64,000 nucleotides of DNA from Neptuniibacter sp. UBA6509 (GCF_002435145.1 NZ_DJLT01000115.1); one strand, 5' to 3'. Positions 19,506 through 30,359 are shown, counted from the stretch's first letter. Notes: a model not told the origin generated them from the sequence alone. Translations and numbers: made by a program.

Positions 19506-21191
19506 TTAACGCTTACTGGCTTTTCTGCATGAAAGGACCATCGCCCAAAATTCTGAAAAGTCATTTACAACAACATCCGGTTTGTAGGGGTAACGTGCAT
19601 TCCCCGGAAAAATCTTGTTTAACCAAGGTTGGTCCCACTGAGCTCCATTAAAAAAGACACTCGTGATTTTGGCTGATTTGGCTGCGATCACATCGGTTGT
19701 ACTGTCGCCTACATACCAGATGTCTGCGCCTAAGGGCATGTTTAGATTTTCTGCTGCTTTTAATATTTGGTCAGTGTGAGGCTTACGTTGTTCAGTATCA
19801 TCACCGCAGATCTCAGTATCAAATAGATGCGCCCAGCCGCCGTCAACAGTATTTAATTCGTGGACAAAAAACTCACGATCACGGTTAGTAATAACACCTA
19901 CAGTGAGACCTAGCTTGCGTAACCCTTCGAGCATATCTTTAACTTTGACTTCAAAAGGGAGTGCGTTTCCATAATATTTACGATAATGATCAGTAAAGCC
20001 TTTATGCGCGAGAGTCTTCGCCACATGGTTGTCAGCAAATAGAATCTCAAAGATATCCGTGCGTGATATTTTGCGGTCCATTTTTATCTTGGGGTGCAAG
20101 CTTAGGTTATCCCTTACATATTCAACTAAGCGTTGGTCATCGGGAGATTTGCATTGGGCAGAGTCTACTAGCTGTTCTAAAAGGCCCAGCTCTTTTAACT
20201 CTTTTAACATATCATCGACTGCGTGATACATCGCATCAAGTGTATCAACCAGCGTGGCATGCCAATCGAACAGGATCACTTTAGGGTAAGTTAGTTTGGC
20301 AAGAGCAGGGTGCCAGTCGGGCTCTTGGCGCTTAGGTTGAAGTTGACGAGCCGGTAATCGTGCAGGTCGTTGTTTTTTTAAGGTTTGAGCGATTGATGAG
20401 CCTTCACTTTCAAGCACCAGATCAAGTAGCTCATCAAAGTCGTCGACGATAATATCTGGATCGTAGTGGTGATGTGCATTGGCAGCAAAAACCTGTTCAA
20501 ACCAATGGGGGGACCAGAGCGCGCCATTGTAAAAGACACGGGTAACACCTGCTTTAGTCGCCGTCATCATATCGGTGACACTGTCACCTACATACCATAA
20601 ATGTTGATCTGCAAGTTCATTGATATGCTTAGCTGCTTGTATCATAGAGTCTGCAGCAGGCTTATAGCGTAGCATCTCGTCGCCGCACAGGGTGACATCG
20701 AAAAGCTCTTTCCAGCGTCCTCCTTCAACACAGGCGAGTTCAGGGTCTAAAAACTCGCGGCTGCGGTTAGTGACTACACCTATTTTGATCCCTAGTTTTT
20801 TTAGGTAAGTGAGATACTCATACATACCATCTTGGAAAGGTTTAACACTTCCGTAATGGTTTCGGTAGCAATCATTATAGGCTTTATGCGCAATCTGATT
20901 GGCTTCATCATTGTCACCAAAGATCGCGTCAAAAACATCTGTTCTGGAGATACGTTGCTCGGCTAAAACCCGCGGATGAAGGTGGCGATAGATTCGAATG
21001 TAGCGGATAAGCTTTTCATCATCTTCTGTTTTGGCGTCTTCTTCTGGAAGTAAGTGTCTTACGAGATCAAGCTCATCAAGTTGAGCCAGCATCTCTTCAA
21101 TCGCTTGGTACATAGCGCCATGCGTATCAACCAGCGTGCCGTGCCAATCAAACAACATTATCTTAGGAAGGGGGAGTACTGCGCTGCCCAT
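19506..21191 (-). CDS. Tandem two-domain HAD-family hydrolase (Gph-like) with DWH motif I
   Basis: FDWHGTLVDT and FDWHATLVDT; TNR, KP and YVGDSxTD motifs each present twice. Confidence 0.8.
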   Translation of the reverse strand: MGSAVLPLPKIMLFDWHGTLVDTHGAMYQAIEEMLAQLDELDLVRHLLPEEDAKTEDDEKLIRYIRIYRHLHPRVLAEQRISRTDVFDAIFGDNDEANQIAHKAYNDCYRNHYGSVKPFQDGMYEYLTYLKKLGIKIGVVTNRSREFLDPELACVEGGRWKELFDVTLCGDEMLRYKPAADSMIQAAKHINELADQHLWYVGDSVTDMMTATKAGVTRVFYNGALWSPHWFEQVFAANAHHHYDPDIIVDDFDELLDLVLESEGSSIAQTLKKQRPARLPARQLQPKRQEPDWHPALAKLTYPKVILFDWHATLVDTLDAMYHAVDDMLKELKELGLLEQLVDSAQCKSPDDQRLVEYVRDNLSLHPKIKMDRKISRTDIFEILFADNHVAKTLAHKGFTDHYRKYYGNALPFEVKVKDMLEGLRKLGLTVGVITNRDREFFVHELNTVDGGWAHLFDTEICGDDTEQRKPHTDQILKAAENLNMPLGADIWYVGDSTTDVIAAKSAKITSVFFNGAQWDQPWLNKIFPGNARYPYKPDVVVNDFSEFWAMVLSCRKASKR

Positions 21192-21399
21192 CTGATATCT
21201 CCACGGTCAAAATTGATGACATAGAGATTAGTATAGTCAGGATCTTGATTAATAAAGGAAAAGGTAGGTAACGGAAGGTGATTTTTTTGAAATTATTTTG
21301 AATGAGAACACTGTGTTCAATTGATTAGGGTAATCCGTTGAACACAGTGTTAATGTCTTAGGTGGCCATCCAAGCTGGCGTGTCTAAGCCGCCTAAAAT

Positions 21400-22350
21400 T
21401 TAGATTTCAGCGAGTAGTTTTTCTAACTTAACTTGGTCAGCAGCAAAACTACGAATACCTTGGGCAAGTTTCTCTGTCGCCATAGGGTCTTCGTTCATCA
21501 TCCAACGGAACTCTGCTTCGTTAAGGGAAAGTTTACCTTGAGACGATGTAGCGTTGTCGGCAGACAGTTTTGTCTCTAGTGGAGCATCTGTATCTTCAAG
21601 CTCTTGCATTAATGCAGGTGCGATTGTTAAACGATCGCAACCGGCTAACTCTTGAATCTCATTAATGTTCCGGAAGCTTGCGCCCATCACAATGGTGTTG
21701 TATCCGTTCGCTTTGTAATAATTGTAGATACCGGTAACTGACTGTACACCTGGGTCATTAGCACCGGTGAAATCACCCTCTTCATTAGCTTTAAACCAAT
21801 CAAGAATACGACCCACAAAAGGAGAGATAAGGAAAACACCCGCATCAGCACAAGCCGCAGCCTGAGCAAAACTAAACAGTAGAGTTAGGTTACAGTTGAT
21901 ACCCTCTTTCTCTAACTGACGCGCCGCTTGGATACCTTCCCAAGTTGAAGCAATCTTAATAAGGATACGCTCTTTACCGATGCCTGCTTCCGCATAAAGG
22001 CCGATCAATTTACGTGCACGCTCAAGGGTTGCTTCAGTATCAAAAGAGAGACGAGCATCAACTTCAGTAGAGATTCGGCCAGGGACAATGTTAAGAATCT
22101 CACGGCCAATCTCTACAGCTAAGCGATCAGTCATATTATCTAACTGAACTTGTTCATCACCGCCTTTGGATTCGGCCCAGTTTTTAGCGGTAACCAGCAG
22201 ATCTTTGTATTGCGGTAATGCTGCGGCTTTTAATAACAAGGAAGGGTTTGTCGTAGCATCAACGGGTGTAAAACGAGCGATTGCTTCAATATCGCCCGTA
22301 TCGGCTACAACGGTAGTAATCTGTTTCAACTGCTCTAACTGGGTAGTCAT
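21400..22350 (-). CDS. tal: Transaldolase
   Basis: [50 protein letters not shown]; start at 22350 (MTTQLEQLK). Confidence 0.95.
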   Translation of the reverse strand: MTTQLEQLKQITTVVADTGDIEAIARFTPVDATTNPSLLLKAAALPQYKDLLVTAKNWAESKGGDEQVQLDNMTDRLAVEIGREILNIVPGRISTEVDARLSFDTEATLERARKLIGLYAEAGIGKERILIKIASTWEGIQAARQLEKEGINCNLTLLFSFAQAAACADAGVFLISPFVGRILDWFKANEEGDFTGANDPGVQSVTGIYNYYKANGYNTIVMGASFRNINEIQELAGCDRLTIAPALMQELEDTDAPLETKLSADNATSSQGKLSLNEAEFRWMMNEDPMATEKLAQGIRSFAADQVKLEKLLAEI

Positions 22351-22369
22351 ATGTTTATTTATTCCGTTT

Positions 22370-23353
22370 CTAATCGGGTACACGTTCCAATGCGTTTAAG
22401 AGTACCTCAATTGAGGCGCCAGGTTTATGCGCATTTTCGCTAATAAAACGACGAAACTGTTTTCCGCCGCGCTGAGCATGAAAAATACCCAACATATGGC
22501 GCACGATGTGATTTAACGAAGCGCCTTGGGCTAACTGTTGCTCTATGTAAGGGATCATATCCAGTACAGCTTGTTTGCGTCCAATGATAGGGTCATCACT
22601 GCCATAAAACTGCTGATCCACTTCTGCGAGAATGTAAGGGTTTTGGTAAGCTTCACGCCCTAACATTACACCATCTATATGTTGCAGATGTGTGTGGCAT
22701 TCCTCTATTGATTTAATGCCACCATTAATATGTATCTCTAGCTCTGGAAATTCTTGTTTAATCTGATAAACCCACTCATATTTGAGGGGCGGAACATCAC
22801 GGTTCTCTTTCGGGCTTAAACCTTGAAGAATCGCTTTGCGCGCATGGATGATAAATACGTTACAACCCGATTGACGTACCGTTTCGACGAACTGTTTTAG
22901 CTCGTCATAGCTGTCCATATCGTCAATACCTAAACGGTGTTTGACGGTCACAGGAATACTTACCGCAGCTTGCATCTGTTCTAAACAATCCGCCACTAAC
23001 TGCGGATGGGCCATTAAACAGGCACCAATCATATTGTTTTGAACGCGATCACTTGGGCACCCGACATTGAGGTTAACTTCATCGTAACCATAATCTTCAG
23101 CCATTTTAGTGCATTGCGCTAAGTCAGCAGCATTACTGCCTCCTAACTGCAGTGCAACCGGCTTTTCTTCTGCGTTGTAGCGAAGAAAACGATCTGCTTC
23201 CGCATGGATCAGCGCGCCTGTTGTTACCATCTCAGTATAAAGAACCGCTTGCTTACTGAGGAGACGATGGAAATAACGGCAATGCCTATCAGTCCAATCC
23301 ATCATAGGGGCAACGGTGAAGCGTCTGTTAAGTGTGTCTTTGAAATCGGTCAT
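22370..23353 (-). CDS. dusA: tRNA dihydrouridine(20/20a) synthase
   Basis: [53 protein letters not shown]. Confidence 0.93.
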   Translation of the reverse strand: MTDFKDTLNRRFTVAPMMDWTDRHCRYFHRLLSKQAVLYTEMVTTGALIHAEADRFLRYNAEEKPVALQLGGSNAADLAQCTKMAEDYGYDEVNLNVGCPSDRVQNNMIGACLMAHPQLVADCLEQMQAAVSIPVTVKHRLGIDDMDSYDELKQFVETVRQSGCNVFIIHARKAILQGLSPKENRDVPPLKYEWVYQIKQEFPELEIHINGGIKSIEECHTHLQHIDGVMLGREAYQNPYILAEVDQQFYGSDDPIIGRKQAVLDMIPYIEQQLAQGASLNHIVRHMLGIFHAQRGGKQFRRFISENAHKPGASIEVLLNALERVPD

Positions 23354-23615
23354 TAATATGCGGAGCTTATAATGTTGAATTTAATGTGGAGTAGGGATAT
23401 CAAACAGGTGACATTACTAACTTAAACGCGATTATATACTGTCTCAGTTTTTTGCGCTGCACATAGTGCAATTTTCTTAGCTTATCGCGGGTTCTTAACT
23501 AGTTGGGGGTTAGATTTAAAAGTGTTAGCCTATGCGCAGATGCATGATCTAGACCTATTTGGCTTAAGTAAGCATCTATCTAATTTTGAGTGAATTAAAG
23601 GAATCTAGAAGAGTC

Positions 23616-24005
23616 ATGAGTGAGTCAGAAAAGGGTTTTACGGCTAAAAATACCGGATTTAAACGCTTTTATTACGCGTCAAAATACTCGTGGCAGGGGA
23701 TTAAAGCAGCCTATGCGCAGGAGCCTGCTTTTCGTTATGAAATTTGGGCTAGCGCTGTGCTTATACCGTTATCTTTTGTCGTGGCTCAGAGTCCAATGCA
23801 GCTGGCTGCGCTTATCTGTACATGCCTGCTAGTGCTTGCCTTTGAATTAGTTAACAGCGCAATTGAGGCGGTGGTTGATCGTGCAGGGACTGAATTTCAT
23901 GAACTGGCAGGCTTAGCTAAGGATTTAGGTTCTGCGGTAGTGATGGTTGCTCTAATCATGGGGGCTCTTATCTGGGGGGCGGTCATTTGGGAAAATTATC
24001 TATAG
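23616..24005 (+). CDS. dgkA: Diacylglycerol kinase
   Basis: YSWQGIKAAYAQEPAFRYE, ELVNSAIEAVVDR, LAGLAKDLGSAVV. Confidence 0.92.
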   Translation: MSESEKGFTAKNTGFKRFYYASKYSWQGIKAAYAQEPAFRYEIWASAVLIPLSFVVAQSPMQLAALICTCLLVLAFELVNSAIEAVVDRAGTEFHELAGLAKDLGSAVVMVALIMGALIWGAVIWENYL

Positions 24006-24160
24006 AGTTTTGTGGTCTTATAAAGGTTTTCTCGGTAGATCTTACTTTTTCTGCTTAAATATAACGATCTGTTACATTTCTTAGTGGCTCGCAATGGGCT
24101 GCTAAGTATATAATTCCCTCCAATTATTTTTCTTCGAATTAAAGCACTCCAAGGACACCA

Positions 24161-25663
24161 ATGACGACTGTTCGTACTCGTGTTGCACCTTCACCAACAG
24201 GTGACCCTCATGTAGGTACTGCCTACATTGCTCTGTTTAACTTAGCATTTGCCCGCCAGCACGGCGGTCAGTTCATTCTACGTATTGAAGATACCGATCA
24301 AACACGTAGTACAGATGCGTCTGAACAGAAGATATTAGATTCCTTACGCTGGTTAGGTTTGGAATGGGATGAAGGTCCAGATGTCGGCGGTCCTCACGGT
24401 CCTTATCGACAGAGTGAGCGCAAAGAAAACTATGCTCAATATGCGATGCAACTTGTGGAAGAGGGCAAAGCTTTCCTTTGCTACCGTACAGGTGAAGAGC
24501 TAGACGAATTAAGAACGGCACGTCGTGCTGCGGGTGGCCATACAGCGCTTAAGCAAAGCGACCTTGCACTACCTGAAGAGGAAGTGGCAAAACGTAAAGC
24601 GGCGGGTGCTCCTTACGTTGTACGTATGTGTGTACCTGAAGATGATGGCGTGTGTGTTGTAGACGATATGCTACGCGGCTCCATTGAGTTGGAATGGGGC
24701 ATGGTTGATGCTCAGATTCTACTTAAATCAGATGGAATGCCAACGTATCACTTGGCGAACGTAGTGGATGACCATTTAATGGAAATCACACACGTGATTC
24801 GCGGTGAAGAGTGGATTAACTCTGCGCCTAAGCACAAGCTGTTATATCAGTATTTTGGTTGGGATATGCCGCAGCTTTGCCACATGCCATTATTGCGTAA
24901 CCCAGACAAATCAAAACTGTCTAAGCGTAAAAATCCAACGAGTATTCTTTATTATCAGCGTATGGGTTTTTTGCCGGAAGCGCTGCTTAATTACCTTGCA
25001 CGTATGGGCTGGTCTATGCCGGATGAGAGCGAGAAGTTCTCACGCCAGCAGATGTTCGATAACTTCGATATTCAGCGTGTATCTCTGGGTGGTCCAATAT
25101 TCGATCAGGAAAAACTAAGCTGGTTGAATGGGTTGTGGTTACGTGAAGATCTAGATCCTGCGCAGTTTGCAGCGAAATATCAGGAATGGGCATTAAACCC
25201 AGAATACCTGATGCAGATCGTTCCACTGATTCAGCAACGTGTAGAGAAACTTTCTGATGTTGCTCCCCTCGCAAGCTTCTTTTTGGCGGGCATGTTAGAT
25301 ATTAGCGAAGCTGATTTTGAGCATAAGTCTTTAGAGAAAGATGATATTCGTCGCATGCTGCAATACTCTGTATGGCTTCTGGATATAGAAGATGATTGGA
25401 GCAAAGATCGTTTGTTTGCTCAGCTTAAGCAGTTAGCGGAAGCGATGGGCTTTAAAATTCGTGATTTCCTATTCCCACTGTTTATTGCTGTTGCAGGTAT
25501 TAACCAGACAGTATCGGTTATGGATTCCATGGCGATTCTAGGTCCAGATATGACGCGTGCGCGTTTACGTCATGCCGTTAATGTATTAGGCGGCCCTTCT
25601 AAGAAAGAAGCTAAGCGTTGGGAAAAAGAGTATCGTAGTTTAAGTAGTCAGATACAGGGCTAG
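24161..25663 (+). CDS. gltX: Glutamate--tRNA ligase
   Basis: [13 protein letters not shown] (HIGH-like), LRIEDTD, KLSKR (KMSKS-like). Confidence 0.95.
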   Translation: MTTVRTRVAPSPTGDPHVGTAYIALFNLAFARQHGGQFILRIEDTDQTRSTDASEQKILDSLRWLGLEWDEGPDVGGPHGPYRQSERKENYAQYAMQLVEEGKAFLCYRTGEELDELRTARRAAGGHTALKQSDLALPEEEVAKRKAAGAPYVVRMCVPEDDGVCVVDDMLRGSIELEWGMVDAQILLKSDGMPTYHLANVVDDHLMEITHVIRGEEWINSAPKHKLLYQYFGWDMPQLCHMPLLRNPDKSKLSKRKNPTSILYYQRMGFLPEALLNYLARMGWSMPDESEKFSRQQMFDNFDIQRVSLGGPIFDQEKLSWLNGLWLREDLDPAQFAAKYQEWALNPEYLMQIVPLIQQRVEKLSDVAPLASFFLAGMLDISEADFEHKSLEKDDIRRMLQYSVWLLDIEDDWSKDRLFAQLKQLAEAMGFKIRDFLFPLFIAVAGINQTVSVMDSMAILGPDMTRARLRHAVNVLGGPSKKEAKRWEKEYRSLSSQIQG

Positions 25664-25703
25664 AGCTCGTTGTAATTTTATTATTTATTAATAAATTCAA
25701 TAA

Positions 25704-25731
25704 TAAAGCCGCTTTCTTGCGGTTTTTTTTT
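25704..25731 (+). terminator. Probable terminator after gltX
   Basis: AAAGCCGC-TTTCTT-GCGGTTTT followed by T run. Confidence 0.6.
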
Positions 25732-25845
25732 AACTCTGCGTTGGGATTATCTATACTGGTTTAATATCACTTAATATTTGTGAGTGAGTTATAGGTATGC
25801 GTGCATTTCTAAAGAGATGTATCTGTATTTCTACTGAGGTTTTAT

Positions 25846-28035
25846 GTGACCAATTTTCGTTTCTCTGTTTGTTGTTTGGTTTTTTTAATAATCTCCTTTA
25901 TTGGTGGCTATGGCGCTTTTCTGTATGAAAATATATGGGAGCGTGAACAGCAGTTACATCTTACAGAGATCACTAATTCTCAAGCATCCGCAATAGAGAG
26001 GCGATTAGAGCGCTCATTGTCCGCAACGCATCTACTTGCCCATCAAGTCCGTTTTAATCAAGGAGATGTTAGCGCGTTCGATGACTTCGCTAAGGAAACC
26101 ATAACGGCTATTGGTGGCATATCGAATCTTCAACTAGCCCCCGATGGAATTATTCGCCACATCTATCCGCTCCAAGGCAATGAAAAGGCACTCGGTCATA
26201 ATTTACTTGTTGATGATCGACGAAAAGCTGAAGCGCATAAAGCTATTAAAGAAAGAAGCCTCACTATGGCGGGCCCCTTTGCACTTGTTCAAGGTGGTGT
26301 TGCCGTTATCGGTCGTAATCCAATTTTTATTAAGCAGGAGGGGGGGGAGCAATTTTGGGGCTTCGCCTCTGCACTGATCTTCTTAGATACGCTACTTGAA
26401 GTGACAGATCTGAATGAGCTTGAACTTAAAGGTTATCATTACGAATTAACAAGACAACATCCTGATACTCTAAATTGGGAGCGTTTTGCTCACTCGGTCG
26501 AGCCATTAGACCGGCTTCAGGTTACGTTTCCAATACAAGTTCCAAATTCAGAATGGAAAATCACTCTCAGCCGACCATTACCTAACAGGCCTTTAACTTT
26601 GTGGCATGCGGTGGTTGTTAGTTTGATTATCGGATTTATTGTCTCCTTATTACTTTCCTATATTCTTAAAGAGCCGCAAAGGCTTCGTCAAATAGTGGCG
26701 GAGAAAACAGAGCAGCTTAATGAACTAGCCTTCTATGATGTGCTGACGGGCTTGGTTAATCGTCGCCTTTTTATGCAGCAGTTAGAATGCGAGCTTAAGC
26801 TTTTAAGTCGTTCAGGAAATAAAGCCGCATTAATGTACCTTGATATGGATGACTTCAAAAATGTTAATGATAGTTTAGGTCATAGTGCTGGGGATCAGCT
26901 CCTTATCGAAGTCGCTAACCGCATAAAAACAACCATGAGAGAAAGTGACATCATTTGTCGCTTGGGTGGTGATGAATATGCCATTTTGATGATGAACATA
27001 CAGAATTCAAACGACAGTAAAATAGTTGCGAACCAAATTATCGAAAGAGTTAGAGAGGAGATTCTTATAGAAGGTCGCAGCCTTAATATAGGTTTATCGA
27101 TAGGTATTACTATCCTACCGGACGACTCAATGGATCTAAGAGAGATTTTAAACAATGCTGATATGGCGTTGTATGAGTCTAAACGCTTAGGTAAGAATAG
27201 AGTTACTTTCTTTGATTATCAGATGCAGCAGTGTTCCATTGAGCGTATCGAAATAGAAAATGCTCTAAAGCACGCAATAAAAAATGATGAGTTTGAGTTG
27301 TACTACCAGCCCATTATCCGTTTAGATAACCGACAAATTGTTATGTTGGAGGCGCTTCTTCGCTGGAAGCATCCTGAAAAAGGTTTTATACCGCCGGATC
27401 AATTTATATCTATTGCTGAACAGTCAGGGCTGATTATCTCTATTGGTGATTGGGTATTAGAAACTGCCTGCGCTACGATCGCTAATGCGGTGCAACACCA
27501 AGAAGCCTGTGTGCCGATTGCAATTAACATTAGCGCTAAACAGCTACTGAATCAAAATTTTTCAGGCGAAGTTAAAGAACGATTAGAGCGATACTCGATC
27601 GATCCAGCCATGCTAGAAATGGAAATTACTGAATCAATCATAATGGAAAACATGGAAGATGCATTAAAGCAGCTGAATGAACTTAAAGAGGTTGGCTGTC
27701 GTTTCTCAATCGATGATTTTGGGACTGGATATTCCTCGCTTGCACAGTTAAAACAACTGCCTGTGGATTCACTAAAAATTGATCGGTCTTTCGTCCGAGA
27801 TATAGAACACGATCATCATGATCGACAGATTGTCGAAGCGATCATTGCCATGGCGCATAGCTTAGGTTTAGAGGTTATTGCTGAAGGGGTAGAAGATCAG
27901 TACCAATTGGATTTTGTCGACAAGGCGGGCTGTGATCTAGTGCAAGGCTATCTTTTTAGTAAGCCTATTCCATATGATGAGATCGATCTGCAACAATACA
28001 TCTATTTAGCCGGCGCTAATGATTATTCAATCTGA
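25846..28035 (+). CDS. CHASE-GGDEF-EAL membrane protein (diguanylate cyclase/phosphodiesterase)
   Basis: TM-CHASE (AGPFALVQGG)-TM; RESD I-site and RLGGDEY; EALLRW, IDDFGTGYSSL, EGVE. Confidence 0.9.
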   Translation: MTNFRFSVCCLVFLIISFIGGYGAFLYENIWEREQQLHLTEITNSQASAIERRLERSLSATHLLAHQVRFNQGDVSAFDDFAKETITAIGGISNLQLAPDGIIRHIYPLQGNEKALGHNLLVDDRRKAEAHKAIKERSLTMAGPFALVQGGVAVIGRNPIFIKQEGGEQFWGFASALIFLDTLLEVTDLNELELKGYHYELTRQHPDTLNWERFAHSVEPLDRLQVTFPIQVPNSEWKITLSRPLPNRPLTLWHAVVVSLIIGFIVSLLLSYILKEPQRLRQIVAEKTEQLNELAFYDVLTGLVNRRLFMQQLECELKLLSRSGNKAALMYLDMDDFKNVNDSLGHSAGDQLLIEVANRIKTTMRESDIICRLGGDEYAILMMNIQNSNDSKIVANQIIERVREEILIEGRSLNIGLSIGITILPDDSMDLREILNNADMALYESKRLGKNRVTFFDYQMQQCSIERIEIENALKHAIKNDEFELYYQPIIRLDNRQIVMLEALLRWKHPEKGFIPPDQFISIAEQSGLIISIGDWVLETACATIANAVQHQEACVPIAINISAKQLLNQNFSGEVKERLERYSIDPAMLEMEITESIIMENMEDALKQLNELKEVGCRFSIDDFGTGYSSLAQLKQLPVDSLKIDRSFVRDIEHDHHDRQIVEAIIAMAHSLGLEVIAEGVEDQYQLDFVDKAGCDLVQGYLFSKPIPYDEIDLQQYIYLAGANDYSI

Positions 28036-28081
28036 ATTTGATACTTAAGCTTTTTAAAGATTCCGCATCGTTATCAATCAG

Positions 28082-28110
28082 TTGACAGTCATATGAGTTC
28101 TAATTACTAT
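28082..28110 (+). promoter_or_regulatory. Sigma70 promoter of tRNA-Ala
   Basis: TTGACA-N17-TACTAT followed by GC-rich discriminator AGCGCC. Confidence 0.8.
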
Positions 28111-28125
28111 AGCGCCACTCTGTAT

Positions 28126-28201
28126 GGGGCCTTAGCTCAGCTGGGAGAGCGGTTCGCTGGCAGCGAACAGGTCAGCGGTTCGATCCCGCTAGGCTCCACC
28201 A
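28126..28201 (+). tRNA. tRNA-Ala (anticodon GGC)
   Basis: 76 nt; acceptor GGGGCCT/AGGCTCC with G3-U70; anticodon arm GTTCG-CTGGCAG-CGAAC (C32-G38); TTCGATC T-loop; encoded CCA. Confidence 0.97.
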
Positions 28202-28234
28202 TATGCCGTGACTTGTAGGGTTAGGAGTTACTAA

Positions 28235-28268
28235 CCGGACAAAAACCGGACAAAAAAGCGGACAAAAA
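28235..28268. repeat. Three tandem (C/G)CGGACAAAAA copies, putative integrase arm-type sites
   Basis: CCGGACAAAAA CCGGACAAAAAA GCGGACAAAAA between the tRNA and the int stop. Confidence 0.7.
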
Positions 28269-28295
28269 CTCTGTGTTAGCTTTTTTGTATAGGCA

Positions 28296-28324
28296 AAATA
28301 AAACCCGCATATAGCGGGTTTTGT
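28296..28324. terminator. Hairpin terminator between tRNA and integrase (possibly bidirectional)
   Basis: AAAACCCGC-ATATA-GCGGGTTTT flanked by A and T runs. Confidence 0.65.
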
Positions 28325-28344
28325 CGTTTCTGGGGGCTATGATT

Positions 28345-29562
28345 TTAGAAGCTTCCGCCAATTTCTTTTTCACTAAATTGCACGTTTACTTGCTCAAAGG
28401 GTAGATCGTGGCCTTCAAGATAGGCTTTTGTCATTTCTTCAGAAGAGTGAGCCATTGCGTGCTGTACTTCTTTGATGTCATATCCGGCTTCAGTTGCTAG
28501 CAGGTCTGATAGCGATCGAATGCTGTGGAATGTTGGCGCATTGCGCTGTGTAAATCCTGCGTGCTTTCTGGCTTCATCAAACATGGATATTAATCGGCGT
28601 GGTGTTACTTGTGCCATGTGCTCTTTGTGTTGACCTAGCCTTTTTTGTTTGGGCCAATGGCTTATGACGAAAGGGCAACGCCTATTTTGTAATGAGAGTT
28701 CTCGCGATTTATGTATCAGTTGCTTCAGAAGATTGTAGTTGCCCAGGTCCCATTTTAACCGTGATGCGTTAGCGGCCCCTTTTTGTTCTTCTGATTTGCC
28801 GATCGTCTTTTTTAGCAGGTCGTTTTCAATGTCTTTATCTAGCTTGAGGGTGAGAATGTCACCTTCGCGCATGAACGTTAATAGGCTGATACCCATCGCT
28901 ATCTGTAAGCCTTGGTATCCTAGTTCGCCTGCAGAGTGGTATATATTCCAAAAACCTTCTCTGGTTAAGCGGGCTGTTTTTCTTGCGGGTCGGCTTTTTT
29001 TGTATAGGCGAGGGCGATCGTCTGCAAGTGTAAATGGGTTGTAGTCTAGCCGTGGTAAAAGTTCGCGGCCCATTAGATAGTTGAAAAATTTTCTTAATTC
29101 AGCATGGCGTTGACGTTGTTGATGGCCGGTTAGTGTATCCCACCATATGTGTATATCAGCTCGCTCGATCTGCCCTAATGGGAGGGTGATTTCTCTGCAG
29201 AATTGGTGGAGTGCATAGCAGCGTTTTTGCCAGCTGGATTTTTCAAGCAGGTCTGGTGATTGGCTAGTTCTCCAATTTATATATTCTTCTACATAGTGGG
29301 CTAAGGTGCCAAACATTCGATTTTTCTTTGCTGAAATAGCGGTGTAGCTTTCGCGGCGCTCATTGTTGAATATAGCAATTTTGAGGGCGGCTTCTGGTGA
29401 GTCTGCATGAAAATGTTTAAAGGTGCCGTCCGGGCGTTTATAGCGCCAGTGGTTCTCTCTACCCTTGTTATCAGGGTAGAGATTGTCCACAAGCGTAATG
29501 CCGTTGAATGTTCTTATTTTCTTTGGGCGGGCCATATTTTTCATTTTTATAATCGATTTCAT
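28345..29562 (-). CDS. int: Tyrosine integrase (lambda Int-like)
   Basis: N-terminal arm-binding-like MARPKK...NLYPDNK; catalytic R (FMREGD), HSIR, MAH, Y (KAYLEGH); start 29562 or 29535. Confidence 0.93.
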   Translation of the reverse strand: MKSIIKMKNMARPKKIRTFNGITLVDNLYPDNKGRENHWRYKRPDGTFKHFHADSPEAALKIAIFNNERRESYTAISAKKNRMFGTLAHYVEEYINWRTSQSPDLLEKSSWQKRCYALHQFCREITLPLGQIERADIHIWWDTLTGHQQRQRHAELRKFFNYLMGRELLPRLDYNPFTLADDRPRLYKKSRPARKTARLTREGFWNIYHSAGELGYQGLQIAMGISLLTFMREGDILTLKLDKDIENDLLKKTIGKSEEQKGAANASRLKWDLGNYNLLKQLIHKSRELSLQNRRCPFVISHWPKQKRLGQHKEHMAQVTPRRLISMFDEARKHAGFTQRNAPTFHSIRSLSDLLATEAGYDIKEVQHAMAHSSEEMTKAYLEGHDLPFEQVNVQFSEKEIGGSF

Positions 29563-29568
29563 TAAAAG

Positions 29569-29778
29569 TTAGCTGAGTAAATCGGGCATGTCATCCTGTT
29601 TTTTTTCTGATAACACAGTGTTTGCAGCTAGCTGGTCAATATCAATAAATACCATATCTCCGATTATGCGGCCGTTTATGGCGCGTTCGGTTATTAGCTG
29701 CATCCATTCTTTGCGACTTGGGCCGGAGCCTGTTGCAAAGAGTCTGCGATTGACGGTTGACCATTTTTGAAGCTGCAT
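29569..29778 (-). CDS. Putative excisionase
   Basis: 69 aa immediately upstream of int; W...GPSRKEW...I.GRIIG.MVFID resembles the Xis winged-helix pattern. Confidence 0.6.
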   Translation of the reverse strand: MQLQKWSTVNRRLFATGSGPSRKEWMQLITERAINGRIIGDMVFIDIDQLAANTVLSEKKQDDMPDLLS

Positions 29779-29939
29779 TGCTTATCCTGATATTAACTTT
29801 CAGTTGTTTAATTGTTGGGTATAACACTCCGCTAATGCGGACAGCTCGTAACCTCGTAGCCGTTTAGCTACCCGTTGTCCTCTTACACCCAAAATCCCCA
29901 GTTAAGGGGCGTTTTTGGTGGTGCTTTTTTGCATGAGCT

Positions 29940-30344
29940 TTAGTGTCTGGTCTTGCTTTTGCGTGATGTTTTGTATGTATCCCGTGCTTGTTTTGCGGTT
30001 ACGCCTTTTGTGAACATTAGGCAGGCGCGGCGTGCTGATATTTCGCTTATGCCGTGTTTTAGTCGTATTGTGTTTGGGCTGGGCAGGGTGTCGACGGTGT
30101 AGTATTCGCGGAGTTCTGCAGCGGTTTCTTCTATTTGTTTTAGGTAGCGCTCCTCTCTTGTTAGGTTGCTTTTGTTTTGTTCTGCTTCGCCGTTGGCTTT
30201 TGCTTGGCGGCGGAATTCATTGGGGCTTACGTTACTACGTACCCATTCGTTGCAGGCGCTTAAGCGGAATATTGCGCGCTGGGTTTGGCGGTACGGTTGC
30301 TGATTTAGCGTGTGTGTTGCTGGGTGTGTGGTTGGTGTTGTCAT
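29940..30344 (-). CDS. Phage hypothetical protein
   Basis: ORF in the leftward operon with AAGGA-like RBS. Confidence 0.6.
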   Translation of the reverse strand: MTTPTTHPATHTLNQQPYRQTQRAIFRLSACNEWVRSNVSPNEFRRQAKANGEAEQNKSNLTREERYLKQIEETAAELREYYTVDTLPSPNTIRLKHGISEISARRACLMFTKGVTAKQARDTYKTSRKSKTRH

Positions 30345-30359
30345 TGTTTTAGTCCTTTT

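Noticed and set aside
22350-22383. Apparent tal/dusA overlap
   Set aside because: Artefact of the longest-ORF start; the tal start at 22350 leaves a normal 19-bp gap.
22370-23353. dusA as an integration site for a dusA-associated island
   Set aside because: The gene is intact, flanked by housekeeping genes, and has no adjacent integrase.
8084-28268. Short tandem repeats as CRISPR arrays
   Set aside because: Units are 11-17 bp, directly adjacent with no unique spacers, and there are no cas genes.
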